From the IMG/VR virus record IMGVR_UViG_3300027766_000001: a stretch of 64,000 nucleotides of DNA; one strand, 5' to 3'. Under the pieces are notes generated by a model, which did not search any database, was not told the DNA's origin, and saw only the letters and a list, made by a program, of their open reading frames with translations. Shown piece after piece: positions 10,065 through 20,302 of this stretch. Made by a program: the position numbers and the translations under genes. The stretch's first letter is position 1, and each line of letters opens with the position of its first letter. Source of the DNA: a virus (Duplodnaviria; Caudoviricetes).

Positions 10065-11681
10065 ATGCGATCGGCTATGCTGCCTTTTAACATTGAATTA
10101 ACCAACCCGCAGCGTATTCCGTGGGCGATGATGCGACCGGTAACGTCGTTGGATATTTACGACGGCCTCACCACCGACCTCAACGACAGCGGTTTATACT
10201 CCATCCCGATCTTCGGTCGTGTGGGTTCCGAGGAACGTGACGAGCGTTTCAGTTACATCCACATTAAAAGTTCTGTTTTCCACCCAGAGATGTTTAAGAG
10301 CATCGTGGCTTTGAAACAGATGTACGCCGGTATCCTTTCGGGTAACACATACGCGGTGTGGGATGAAAATGAAAAGGACTTCATAAAATCATCCGCACTT
10401 GAGGGTCAAACCGGTTTTGCCTTCTTTGTCCAGCACTGGAAAGACATCGAATTCAAAGAGACCGGATCCCCTAAGCGCAGTGATAAGATAAAGCTGGTGA
10501 ACAAATACAAAGACCGCGCGATGCACCGTAACATCCTGGTGCTGCCAGCGGGTCTGCGTGAAATCCAGATTGATGAACGCGGTCGGACCGTTGAGAACGA
10601 AGTCAACGATATGTACCGTAAGCTGTTAAGCGCCGCTAACACCATCACAGACGATCCCGAGCTTGCAAACGGGAGTTTGTATGACACGGCGCGTTGGACG
10701 CTTCAGAATCGGTTTAACGAGCTCTACGAGTACTATGCCGGGATGCTGTCCGGTAAGCGTGGCTTACTGCAACAGAAGTGGGGCAGTCGTCGTGTGTTCA
10801 ACGGCACGCGTAACGTCATCACCGCGGTACAGTTAGGCACAGCGACACTGGGGTCAAAGACAGCACCGGATATCAACGATACCCGTATTGGTCTGTACCA
10901 GTTAATCCGTGGTGCACTGCCGCTGACCATTCACCTCCTGCAAACCGGTTGGCTATCGCAAGTCTTCTCCTCGGGTACCCTGGCTCGTCTGATTGATCGT
11001 AAGACGTTGAAAAGCAGTGATGTCGAAATCGATGTCACGACGCTCACCAAGTGGACCACGCAAGAGGGCCTTGAGAAACTGATCAACGGTTTTCGTGACT
11101 CCACACTTCGCAATAAGCCCATTACCGTCAACGGGTACTATTTAGGCTTAGTGTATAGTGATGCGTCGACCTTTAAGATCTTTGGTGATATCGACGAGTT
11201 GCCGGCGAACTTCGATAAGAAGAACGTACACCCAATGACCTACACCGAGTTGATGTACCTCTCGGGTTACAAGCGTTGGAACGAACTCTACATGTTGGTG
11301 GTGCGTTATCCGATCACTGGCATGGGCTCGGTTTACCAGACCAAGGCGTATTGCTGCACCACGTTGAAGTCGTCCATTAAACAGGAACGTGATGAGTACT
11401 GGGAGCCGATCGATGGCGCCTATGCTATTGAGTTCCCAACGAATGAACGTGAAGCGGAGTTCATGGAATCCCTCTCGATGCATGCGTCCCGTATGGGTCT
11501 GCTGGGTGCGGACCATGATGGCGACACCTGTGGCGCAACGGTGCTGCTAGGTGACGATGTGCTGCGTGAATGCCGAGAGTCGTTAGCGAAACGAGAAACG
11601 TACATCACAGGTCGTGGTGAGTTCCTGATTGACTTAACCAACGATACCCTGGATTTCGTATTAAAAGCTCTTACCAGCTAA
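10065..11681 (+). CDS. rpoC: Virion RNA polymerase beta'-like subunit carrying the catalytic loop (phiKZ gp180-like)
   Basis: Motifs ILVLPAGLR, LSGKRG...R and catalytic GADHDGD (DxDGD). Split phage homologue of rpoC. Confidence 0.9.
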   Translation: MRSAMLPFNIELTNPQRIPWAMMRPVTSLDIYDGLTTDLNDSGLYSIPIFGRVGSEERDERFSYIHIKSSVFHPEMFKSIVALKQMYAGILSGNTYAVWDENEKDFIKSSALEGQTGFAFFVQHWKDIEFKETGSPKRSDKIKLVNKYKDRAMHRNILVLPAGLREIQIDERGRTVENEVNDMYRKLLSAANTITDDPELANGSLYDTARWTLQNRFNELYEYYAGMLSGKRGLLQQKWGSRRVFNGTRNVITAVQLGTATLGSKTAPDINDTRIGLYQLIRGALPLTIHLLQTGWLSQVFSSGTLARLIDRKTLKSSDVEIDVTTLTKWTTQEGLEKLINGFRDSTLRNKPITVNGYYLGLVYSDASTFKIFGDIDELPANFDKKNVHPMTYTELMYLSGYKRWNELYMLVVRYPITGMGSVYQTKAYCCTTLKSSIKQERDEYWEPIDGAYAIEFPTNEREAEFMESLSMHASRMGLLGADHDGDTCGATVLLGDDVLRECRESLAKRETYITGRGEFLIDLTNDTLDFVLKALTS

Positions 11682-11691
11682 GGGACCCTTT

Positions 11692-14600
11692 ATGATTTTG
11701 TATAATAGCTTCTTTCGTAAGATCTGTGTGCGAAAGAAAGAGCACGTGTTCAGTCCGCACTTCTTTCCGATGGCGGACTTTGAATTACCCCGTGGTGCAC
11801 TCCTGCACTACGTGCCGTCTGATCTAACCGAATACGGCATTGAGCAGAACGACCTGCTGATTAACAAGTACAGCGATGACGTCTATATTGACCACGTGCG
11901 TCAGATCAAAACGCCACTGGGCAACCCCCAGGTCAAGACGTTGTCCTTGAACAACATGATCAAGCAGTACCACAACCGCCATAAACGTTTCAAGCTGGTC
12001 CGTAACATTGCGTCCGTGATGTCAAACCAGCGTTACTGTATTGTTGAAAACTACGCGATGGCGCAACACCAGTTGACCTATCGTCCAGCGATGTTCGTGA
12101 ACTACTTCCGCTGGTACAACATGCAGTACACCGTGATGGAGCGGATGACCAACATCCAGAAAGAGTCTGACCGTAACCAGTTCATCTATTTACAGATGCC
12201 GGCGTCACTGCCTCAGCTGTCACAGCTGCGCGTCTATGATGAACGTATGGCCAAAGGGCTCGACAAGATTCAAGGTGTCGGTAACGAAGCCTTTATGGAC
12301 GGTGTACCGGTTACCCAGTGGTACGGTGCAGGTCTTGAGTCACTGGATGATTACGATCAGGGCATGTTGATTGACGTGGCATTGGAAGCGTTTGAAGATA
12401 CCCGTGATTCGTATTACGGTGCATCGGACCAAGCGTGGGAGCCAGGTGCGCGTATCAGTAACCAGGATGGACGTCTGCTGGATACGTTAGTGCGCATGGC
12501 CACCGGGAATGAGGTCTACCTGATCCCTGACACACTGCCACATTACGAACCACTGCTGACCGATCTGTCAGCCGGTATGGAAGCATTGGCTGCGTTCCAG
12601 TCTCGTGTCATGCGCTTTAAACCTGAGCTGCAGATGTCGGTGATGAACCGTCTGCGCACGGCGAACGATTACTGGTTCATTCACTTCTGGCTATGGTTAG
12701 GGAGCAACCGTGAAGCGTCACTGTTCAGTATGCTGGACCATGATCCAAAACAGCTGGAGAAGATCCACCTGGTATTTGGTAACGTGGGTGCGTACACTGT
12801 GGTACGTCTTGATGTCATTGAAAGATGGCGTGAAGAAATCCTGAAACAGTCAAAGGGCAACAACGGTCTGGATAACTTCCGCAAGCACATGCTGAAGTTC
12901 ATGACCAAGCTCTTTGAAGTGAAAACGGGTGGCACGTCAATCAGTGACAGCGATGAACAACCTGAAGTGATTGAAGCCATTGCTCCGCCAGTAGAGGCGC
13001 AACCCACTGAAGGCGCTGAACCTGATACTGACGAAGAAGAAGCACCGGCACCGGTGGCGAAGTCTACCAATGTCTTTGGTGTGGACATTCCTTCACTGGA
13101 TGAACCGGAACCGGCTAAACCCATCGTGACGGCCAAGCCGAAAACCGAAGAAGGGGACGAACCACTTTCAGATATTGAAGTCTACGAACAACGTAGCTTT
13201 GGTGATGAGATTGCGGACGATGAGTTCAACCATGACCGTGAAGGCCGGGTTGCGCAAGTGGTTCCCAATAACAACGTGGAAGCGAAACCTGAAGACGGTG
13301 TGTTGGCGCAGGTGGAAGTACTGGCAGATGCAGGCATGCTCTCGGCGGCTGAGTACAAACGTTTCCAACGTCTGGCTGAGCAGTACAAGAACATCCCTAA
13401 CCCAGTCGGTCCGGGTACACTGGCAGATCTCATGAAGATCGACCCTTCTGTCCTGACGGATCTCTCAGGTGGGGAGGCGCCTGACTCGGTCAGTATCCTG
13501 AATAAAGGCATGCTGAGTACCTGTCTGGTTAACCTGGACAAGAACTACATCAAGAACGTACTCGAATCGGATATTGCGAACGCCGTGATGTCAGTGATGG
13601 GTGCGGGTGTAGCGGTACTGGATTACCAGCGTGAAGAGAAGCAGGATGCGGTCACGGCCTACGTGGTGTACGCGGTACAGGTTCAGCCGGTGGGTGGCAA
13701 AGTCAGCACGATTCGTTTCCGTGTACCGAAGCTCGAAGAAGACGGCACCACCATGGTGAACAACGTCAAGAGCCGTGTGCGTAAACAGCGTGTGGATATT
13801 CCTATCCGTAAGGTGTCCTCGACCAAAGTCTCCATGACCTCTTATTACGGTAAGAGTTTCATGACCCGTTCTGAGAAGGCGGTGCATGACTACGGTAAAT
13901 GGCTGGGCAATCGCATTAACCTGATGTCACTGGCTAACCCAAGTGACTCGACGTATGTACCGCCGGTGTCCAACCTGGTGATCGGCCGTTACTTCGTTTC
14001 CAGTGTGCGCGTACCTCACACCTACGCCGTGATCTCTCAGCGTTATAAAGGCTTCGATTACCAGGGCATCTCTTTCCTGTTCTCCGTCAAACAAGCGAAA
14101 GCCCAGTTTGGTGAAGAGCTGTGGGATCGTTACTACGGTAACAAGCTGGTGATCTGTGGTCATCAAAATGGTAGCCCGGTATTGATGGATGATTCCGGTG
14201 CGCTGTATCTGGCCAACGGGGATTCACTGGAGCAGCTCGGCGACTTCGAAACCTTCTTAGGATTAGATGCCGCGAAAGCGCCGGTGGAGACGGTGGAACT
14301 GCAGGTCTTCCGTAAAGCTATTCCGGTGGGCGTGATTCTGTCCTACTACTACGGCTTGTCGGTGATGATCGAACAGCTGCAGTTGCAGGTGCGTATTGCC
14401 CAACGTGGTGAACGTCTGAACCTGACGGCGGATGAACGCACTGTGACCTTTAACGATGAGGTCCTGATCTTCAACCGCAGTGATCGCTTTGCTGCCATGC
14501 TCTTAAACGGGTTCAACTATTACGACAAAGAAGTGCAGCGTTTTAGCCGCTATGACTTTGACCGTAAATCCGTGTACTCCAACTTACTGGCATCTGCCGG

Positions 14601-16365
14601 TATGGGTGTGCGTTGGGTGCGTGAACTCGATCTGATGCGTGACATGTTCATTGACCCGATTACCCGTGAAGAACTCAAACGCATGGGTGCGCCGACTCGT
14701 TGGGATCTGTTGCTGCTGCATGCGGTGAAGATGCTCCTGAACGATCAACACATCCGTGAGACCTCGATGCGTGAACAACGTGTGCGTGGCTCTGAACGTG
14801 TGGCCGGTGCGGTGTACAATGAACTGGTGAAAGCAACCCGTCAGCTGAAGGCACGTGCTGTTGCAACCAAAGCGGGTCTGGAGCTTCATCCGGATGCGGT
14901 CTGGTATGCATTGCTGGATGACACTGCGACAACTCCTGTCGAAGAGTGTAACCCGGTGCACAACCACAAAGACTATTCCGTGGTGACCTTTGGTGGCACT
15001 GGTGGGCGTACTGCGCGTTCCATGACCAAACCTACACGTGAGTTCATTCCGGATAACTTGGGCGTTGTGTCTGAGTCGTCGGTGGATAACTCTGACGTAG
15101 GTTACACAGCACACATGGTTAGTGATCCTTTATTAACGGATCTGCGTGGTAACGCACAAGCGGCAACGGATGAAACGAACCCAGCCAGTCTGGTGTCGTT
15201 TACTGCGATGTTGAACCCCGGCTCTGACCGTGACTCACCTCAGCGTGTGATGTTTACCTCGGTCCAGCACTCCCAGGGTATGTATGCGGTGGGGTATAAA
15301 ACCACTCCGTATCGTACAGGTGCTGAGCGTATGTTGGCACACCGTGTCTCCAAGATCTTTGCGTATCCGGCAGAGGGCGATGGGGTGATCACGGAAGTCA
15401 GCGACAAACACGTGCTGGTTGATTACGGTGATCGTGTTGTGGGTGTTGAGATCGGGACACGTTTCGGCTCGGCCTCAGGTACGATGTACGTGCACGAAAT
15501 TGTAACGGACATGAAAGCGGGCGATACGGTGAAGAAAGGTCATGTGATCGTTTGGAACCGCAACTACTTCGAACGCGATTTCATGGAACCGACGCAGGTC
15601 TCGTGGAAGGGCGGTGTGATGGTGAACACTGCGTTGATGGAAGATCAGTTTACCTACGAAGACTCCTCGATGATTTATCGGGGTGTGGGTAAAGAGTTGG
15701 CCACCTTTACCGGTAAGCCAATTCCAATTCTGGTGAACTTTGATCAAGAGGTACGTAACCTGGTGACGGTCGGTGATGAAGTCGATCAGGAAACAATCTT
15801 ATGTACCTTGGAGAACCTGGTGAGCGCCCAGCTGGGCCTGGATGACGACGGCAGTTACGACGGTCTTCGTGTCTTTGGCAACGACAACCCGAAAGCGAAA
15901 GCTACCGGTCGTGTCGCAAAAATTGAGGTGCTGTATCGGGGCAACATTGAGGACATGTCGGAGTCGCTGGCAATACTGGCTAACCGGTCAGACCGTGAAC
16001 GTCGCAAACTGAATCGTCAGATGCGCGGCAATAAAGCGGAAACCGGTGAGGTCATGAGCGGTCTGCGTATCGGTGGTGACACGCTTGAAAACAAACAGGC
16101 GGTGATCTACGTTTACCTGATCGTTCCCATGCCAACCATTATCGGTGATAAGGGTGTATTCGCCAACCAGATGAAATCAACCTTTGGTTACATCTACGAC
16201 GAACGCATCACAACGTTCAAAGGTCTGGAAGTCGGGGCTATCTTCTCCAACCTCTCGATCGCGAACCGTATGGTGACTTCACCGTACATCATCGGTGCCA
16301 TGAACTCCTACTTGTACACGGTGACCAAAAACGCAATTAAGTTACGTCATTCACTGCAGGAGTAA
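11692..16365 (+). CDS. rpoB: Virion RNA polymerase beta-like subunit (phiKZ gp178-like)
   Basis: 1557 aa with beta motifs VTFGGTGGR, GNNVGY-like SDVGYT, MFTSVQHSQ, TYEDSS and IGDKG..ANQMK. Split phage homologue of rpoB. Confidence 0.88.
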   Translation: MILYNSFFRKICVRKKEHVFSPHFFPMADFELPRGALLHYVPSDLTEYGIEQNDLLINKYSDDVYIDHVRQIKTPLGNPQVKTLSLNNMIKQYHNRHKRFKLVRNIASVMSNQRYCIVENYAMAQHQLTYRPAMFVNYFRWYNMQYTVMERMTNIQKESDRNQFIYLQMPASLPQLSQLRVYDERMAKGLDKIQGVGNEAFMDGVPVTQWYGAGLESLDDYDQGMLIDVALEAFEDTRDSYYGASDQAWEPGARISNQDGRLLDTLVRMATGNEVYLIPDTLPHYEPLLTDLSAGMEALAAFQSRVMRFKPELQMSVMNRLRTANDYWFIHFWLWLGSNREASLFSMLDHDPKQLEKIHLVFGNVGAYTVVRLDVIERWREEILKQSKGNNGLDNFRKHMLKFMTKLFEVKTGGTSISDSDEQPEVIEAIAPPVEAQPTEGAEPDTDEEEAPAPVAKSTNVFGVDIPSLDEPEPAKPIVTAKPKTEEGDEPLSDIEVYEQRSFGDEIADDEFNHDREGRVAQVVPNNNVEAKPEDGVLAQVEVLADAGMLSAAEYKRFQRLAEQYKNIPNPVGPGTLADLMKIDPSVLTDLSGGEAPDSVSILNKGMLSTCLVNLDKNYIKNVLESDIANAVMSVMGAGVAVLDYQREEKQDAVTAYVVYAVQVQPVGGKVSTIRFRVPKLEEDGTTMVNNVKSRVRKQRVDIPIRKVSSTKVSMTSYYGKSFMTRSEKAVHDYGKWLGNRINLMSLANPSDSTYVPPVSNLVIGRYFVSSVRVPHTYAVISQRYKGFDYQGISFLFSVKQAKAQFGEELWDRYYGNKLVICGHQNGSPVLMDDSGALYLANGDSLEQLGDFETFLGLDAAKAPVETVELQVFRKAIPVGVILSYYYGLSVMIEQLQLQVRIAQRGERLNLTADERTVTFNDEVLIFNRSDRFAAMLLNGFNYYDKEVQRFSRYDFDRKSVYSNLLASAGMGVRWVRELDLMRDMFIDPITREELKRMGAPTRWDLLLLHAVKMLLNDQHIRETSMREQRVRGSERVAGAVYNELVKATRQLKARAVATKAGLELHPDAVWYALLDDTATTPVEECNPVHNHKDYSVVTFGGTGGRTARSMTKPTREFIPDNLGVVSESSVDNSDVGYTAHMVSDPLLTDLRGNAQAATDETNPASLVSFTAMLNPGSDRDSPQRVMFTSVQHSQGMYAVGYKTTPYRTGAERMLAHRVSKIFAYPAEGDGVITEVSDKHVLVDYGDRVVGVEIGTRFGSASGTMYVHEIVTDMKAGDTVKKGHVIVWNRNYFERDFMEPTQVSWKGGVMVNTALMEDQFTYEDSSMIYRGVGKELATFTGKPIPILVNFDQEVRNLVTVGDEVDQETILCTLENLVSAQLGLDDDGSYDGLRVFGNDNPKAKATGRVAKIEVLYRGNIEDMSESLAILANRSDRERRKLNRQMRGNKAETGEVMSGLRIGGDTLENKQAVIYVYLIVPMPTIIGDKGVFANQMKSTFGYIYDERITTFKGLEVGAIFSNLSIANRMVTSPYIIGAMNSYLYTVTKNAIKLRHSLQE

Positions 16366-16368
16366 ATC

Positions 16369-17052
16369 GTGAACGAGCAAAAAGTCCGTAGTCTGCAGCA
16401 GCAGCTAAAAGATGCCGGTTTCTATACAGGTATCGTCGACGGCATCTGGGGCAATGGCTCGCAGGGTGCTTTAACCGCTTACATCAATGCTGGTAAACCA
16501 CTGGCACCTCTGGGGGGTCTCGATCTGGATATCGCCTGGAGTGGCAAAGTGTCACCAGCCTTCACTGCGCGTGTGCGTCTCATGGCACAGCAGCTGAAGA
16601 TGCCAGAAGGTGGTGCCAGCATGCTCATGGCATGCATGGCGTTTGAGACCGGGGAAACCTTCAGCCCGACGATTAAGAACGGCGCAGGTGCTCCTTACTA
16701 CGGTCTCATTCAGTTTGGCAAAGCGGCTGCAACGGACTGCGGAACCACAGTAGAAGCACTCGTGCAAATGACTGCGGAACAACAGCTGGAGTACGTGTAC
16801 CTGTACTTCAAGCCGTTGGCCGGTAAGCTCATGACCGTGAGTGATCTGTACATGAAGATCTTGTGGCCTGCTGCAGTTGGTAAGCCTGAGAACTTTGTAC
16901 TGTGGACCAAAGAAGGTCGTCCTACGACTTACCTGCAGAACAAAGGCCTGGATGCTGACAAAGACGGTGCCATCACCAAAGCGGAAGCCGCGGGGAAAGT
17001 GCTGGAGAAGTTAGCGCGGGGTCTGCAACCACAATTCCGTCGTCCGCTGTAA
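16369..17052 (+). CDS. Modular endolysin: N-terminal peptidoglycan-binding domain plus lysozyme/transglycosylase-like domain
   Basis: PG-binding motif LQQQLKDAGFYTGIVDGIWG, catalytic-like AFETGETFSP and YYGLIQF, C-terminal DADKDGAITKAE. Confidence 0.8.
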   Translation: MNEQKVRSLQQQLKDAGFYTGIVDGIWGNGSQGALTAYINAGKPLAPLGGLDLDIAWSGKVSPAFTARVRLMAQQLKMPEGGASMLMACMAFETGETFSPTIKNGAGAPYYGLIQFGKAAATDCGTTVEALVQMTAEQQLEYVYLYFKPLAGKLMTVSDLYMKILWPAAVGKPENFVLWTKEGRPTTYLQNKGLDADKDGAITKAEAAGKVLEKLARGLQPQFRRPL

Positions 17053-17057
17053 TTTAA

Positions 17058-17088
17058 TGGGAGGTGGGAAACCGCCTCCTATCCTTTT
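17058..17088 (+). terminator. Intrinsic terminator
   Basis: GGAGGTGG-GAAA-CCGCCTCC hairpin plus T-tract after the endolysin stop. Confidence 0.65.
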
Positions 17089-17099
17089 AAGGAGAGAGT

Positions 17100-17297
17100 A
17101 TGTCCACGAAGCTTTATGAGAACGCCAACGTTCTGGCAAACATTGTCGCAACCACTGGCGCAGTAATGGAAGCCATCAGCGGTAATGAAATTGCGGATCT
17201 CAGCGTTGTTAACGACCCAGACGCATTACCGAACCTGGTGGCTGCTAAACTGCAGAACATCGTTTCCCCACTGCTGATCTCGGCCCCTGCGGTTTAA
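17100..17297 (+). CDS. Hypothetical protein (65 aa)
   Basis: AAGGAG RBS, fills the gap in the operon. Confidence 0.7.
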   Translation: MSTKLYENANVLANIVATTGAVMEAISGNEIADLSVVNDPDALPNLVAAKLQNIVSPLLISAPAV

Positions 17298-17309
17298 TAA
17301 GGACGCGTC

Positions 17310-18836
17310 ATGCTGAAGAAACAAGTCGTATCGGCTATTATGCCGCTTGCTGAAATGCTCTCTGAGCGCAATGTGCGCTTGGAAACCTGTGCAGGTTCAC
17401 CCATCGGTAACCTGACCATGGCCAGCGCCACCCTGCATGCAGATGACACATCTGTTGCAGAAACGCTGGTTGCTGTATCCTCTCCGGTTGACACAGGTCG
17501 TCGTGATAACGAAAACCTGCCGATCATTCTGCCTTCTGAACACGGCTTTGTTCAGGCACGTGCTGCACAGTGTATTGCGGCGGGTGTGAAGAAGATGATC
17601 ACCAACGCACGCAGTGTGGTTATTCCGGCGATCAATGCTACCCGTGAATACGTTGACCAGTATGTGGCAGACAATGCTCAGGCACGTTCTATCATTCCTG
17701 AAGTGGACGTCTACAATTACGACCCGCTGTGGGCCGGCGCGCTGGTTGACGGTATTGCAACCCAGTACGACAAAGTCGACCTGGTGGGCATGCCCTCTGT
17801 TTCTCTGCCGGCACTGACCGATGAGCAGCTGCATGCATTGGTGAACTCCGGTTCACAGGAAGTGCGTGACTTCATCTCTCGTGAAGACAAAGAGATCCCG
17901 GGTCACCTTTCTGCAATCTGGCAGATCTGGTTCCAGGGTCAGCCAGTATCCGATTCCGATGACTTCCGCTTCCTGAGTCGTATGCTCGGTAACGGGTCAG
18001 TGGGTCGCGTGCTGAATGCCGGTACCCTCGGTGATGCGCTCGATACCCGTAAAGGTTACGACGCTATCCTGTCTGGCTTCCTGATTGCAAACGCGCTGTA
18101 TGACAATCCGGTTGCCGGCGTGCAATGGGGTATGGATCTGCCAACGTACAACCTGGCAATCTCTGCGTTCAAAGCCCACTTCGGTAAAGTGATCGGTCGC
18201 GTCTACCGTGCCCGTGTTGCCGCACTCGAAAGCAAAACCCTGATCATCAACATGCCGATTGTTCGCAACTGGCAGCTGGGTCAGAAAACTGACAACATCC
18301 TGCTGAACGGCGATGTGCATAAATGGTACCTGCAGCAGGGTGGTACTATTGAAGCGATCATCGGTGATGTGTTCTCTCAGCGTCAGGTGTCGGCTCGCAC
18401 CATTCTCGATCTGCGTCCGCAGTATGAAGCGGCGTACAACAACGTGGTTACCACGTACACCGGTCTGGGTGTGTCGAACAAATACCGCTACACGCTGGAA
18501 GCACTGACCAAAGCCGCGATCCAGCACGTGGTCGACATGGATCAGGATTACTGGAAACAGATTAACCCTGATTGCACCAAGCAGGAAATGATCCGTGATA
18601 TCCAGAACTATCTGGCAAGCAATATCCCGGTTGGTACCAGTGAAGCGCTGGACAAGGTCATCACCTATGTCTTTGCGTCCTTCATTTACTGTCGTCTGCG
18701 CGTGGATGAGTTCATTGCTGCGATGAACAACTATCCGGATCAGACGCTGTCGCCGAAAGCCATTGCGTCACATGTCGTTATGGACATGGTCATCAAGTCA
18801 CTGATGAACGACGTTTACTACAACTTCCAATCGTAA
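17310..18836 (+). CDS. Virion head protein (phiKZ gp177 / SPN3US gp243 position)
   Basis: 508 aa with strongly biased codons. Lies between vRNAP beta and the protease (synteny). Confidence 0.6.
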   Translation: MLKKQVVSAIMPLAEMLSERNVRLETCAGSPIGNLTMASATLHADDTSVAETLVAVSSPVDTGRRDNENLPIILPSEHGFVQARAAQCIAAGVKKMITNARSVVIPAINATREYVDQYVADNAQARSIIPEVDVYNYDPLWAGALVDGIATQYDKVDLVGMPSVSLPALTDEQLHALVNSGSQEVRDFISREDKEIPGHLSAIWQIWFQGQPVSDSDDFRFLSRMLGNGSVGRVLNAGTLGDALDTRKGYDAILSGFLIANALYDNPVAGVQWGMDLPTYNLAISAFKAHFGKVIGRVYRARVAALESKTLIINMPIVRNWQLGQKTDNILLNGDVHKWYLQQGGTIEAIIGDVFSQRQVSARTILDLRPQYEAAYNNVVTTYTGLGVSNKYRYTLEALTKAAIQHVVDMDQDYWKQINPDCTKQEMIRDIQNYLASNIPVGTSEALDKVITYVFASFIYCRLRVDEFIAAMNNYPDQTLSPKAIASHVVMDMVIKSLMNDVYYNFQS

Positions 18837-18845
18837 GGGTAACCC

Positions 18846-19571
18846 ATGGACCTGTCAACTTTAACACGTAACCGGGACAAGGTCCGTGCCAATCTGGTCA
18901 AACTTGACGACAGTTCGGTTGTTTGCCGTGAGGGGTGCAAAGTCTACATCCCTCAGCGTTACGTTAACAAAGGGTTAGCGAACGTCGGTGAAACCTGCTG
19001 GTCAGTGGGTGAGTTCGTGATGGCAACGGACAGTGGTTTCTATTGTGCGACCCTGGTACCGGCGATCATGATTCTGACTCCGACCGAAGTGCGTCAGGTG
19101 AAGCTGGACGGGAACCCGTACTATGAGTTGTCGTTTGCGGCCGGTAGCACGGTATTCGAAACCACGTGGATTCCGAAAACTGACAGCTGCATTCCTCCGC
19201 TGTTTAACGAGCTCATCATTAACGGTAATGCGCCGTATGGCTGGAGCTTGTTTGATTTGGCGAAGTGCTTCCATCTGGCACCGAAGTACGCGGGCTTTAA
19301 GATGGGTGCGAACCCGCAAGTGTTCGAAACCATCATTAACATTATTTCCCGTGATCCGGAAGATCTGAACAAGCAGTACCGTAATGTGCCGCAGGCCTTG
19401 GCCGACGTGTACAAGAAACCACCGACGATCGTGGGACTGCGTAACCCAGCGGTAACGTCAACGAACACCGTGGCGAAGCTGATTGGTAGCTACTTCCAGG
19501 ATGGTGTGGTTTCAGCGTTGATTAACCCGTCAGATCGTGTGGAAGGCGTAGAAGCCTTGCTGAGGAGCTAA
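18846..19571 (+). CDS. Putative additional virion RNAP-associated subunit (phiKZ gp176 / SPN3US gp244 position)
   Basis: 241 aa. Assignment by synteny and size only. Confidence 0.5.
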   Translation: MDLSTLTRNRDKVRANLVKLDDSSVVCREGCKVYIPQRYVNKGLANVGETCWSVGEFVMATDSGFYCATLVPAIMILTPTEVRQVKLDGNPYYELSFAAGSTVFETTWIPKTDSCIPPLFNELIINGNAPYGWSLFDLAKCFHLAPKYAGFKMGANPQVFETIINIISRDPEDLNKQYRNVPQALADVYKKPPTIVGLRNPAVTSTNTVAKLIGSYFQDGVVSALINPSDRVEGVEALLRS

Positions 19572-20290
19572 TGGTGGAAGAGAACACGGACCTGCAGGAC
19601 ATGCGTCGGTTTTTGGAGTATTGGCCAAATACCATCGGTAACAATGTCGACATCCTGACCCCGGCGAACTCGTCGGGGGTGGTGTTTCACATTAGCACCA
19701 ACAACAGTCTGAAGTCCTTTGAGCCGCGTGTCTCACGTCGGACCATGAACCGGGAAGATCGCTCTGTTCCTCGTGTCTCCACTGCGGGAACGTTGAACGG
19801 CTGTCTGTCAGGTTACAGTTCGGCGTTGTATGACTGGGAACAAATGGATGCAGAGAAATGGTCGGGCGGGTGGAAGATCTACGCGATCAACTACGAAGCG
19901 GCCTTAAAGCCCAATAAGAAAATCCTGGGTGATGCGGATTCCACGGAAGAAGTTTGGCTGGTACCGTACAATAAAGCACATGTTCGTTATCCGGCAACAC
20001 CGATTGGTGAAGTCTTCTTTACGAAGGTGGGGCGTGAAGCCACCAGTGATGCAAAGCTGCCCCGTAAGGTGGTGGTGAAAGCATACATCCGAATTGCTGA
20101 AGGGAACATGCTGCCGCTGAACAAATCAACGGTGTTGCGTGCTGGGTATTACCAATTGACTTACAACAACTGGTTCGAAGCAATGGATCTGCGTAACCCC
20201 CAAGATATCATCGTGCTTCCTATTACCAGTGGCGACTACTTCTCTCACAAGAAACTCGGTGCCGGTAATCTGGGGTTAACTGATTCGTAA
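19571..20290 (+). CDS. Hypothetical protein, possibly with an ADP-ribosyltransferase-like fold
   Basis: TAATG overlap with the upstream gene. Motifs FHIS..SLKSFEPR and EDRSVPRVSTAGTLNGCL. Confidence 0.5.
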   Translation: MVEENTDLQDMRRFLEYWPNTIGNNVDILTPANSSGVVFHISTNNSLKSFEPRVSRRTMNREDRSVPRVSTAGTLNGCLSGYSSALYDWEQMDAEKWSGGWKIYAINYEAALKPNKKILGDADSTEEVWLVPYNKAHVRYPATPIGEVFFTKVGREATSDAKLPRKVVVKAYIRIAEGNMLPLNKSTVLRAGYYQLTYNNWFEAMDLRNPQDIIVLPITSGDYFSHKKLGAGNLGLTDS

Positions 20291-20302
20291 AAGGAACGTC
20301 GT

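Noticed and set aside
10065-16365. Host bacterial rpoBC operon
   Set aside because: The subunits are split, divergent, in beta'-then-beta order and embedded among virion genes. They are phage vRNAP subunits.
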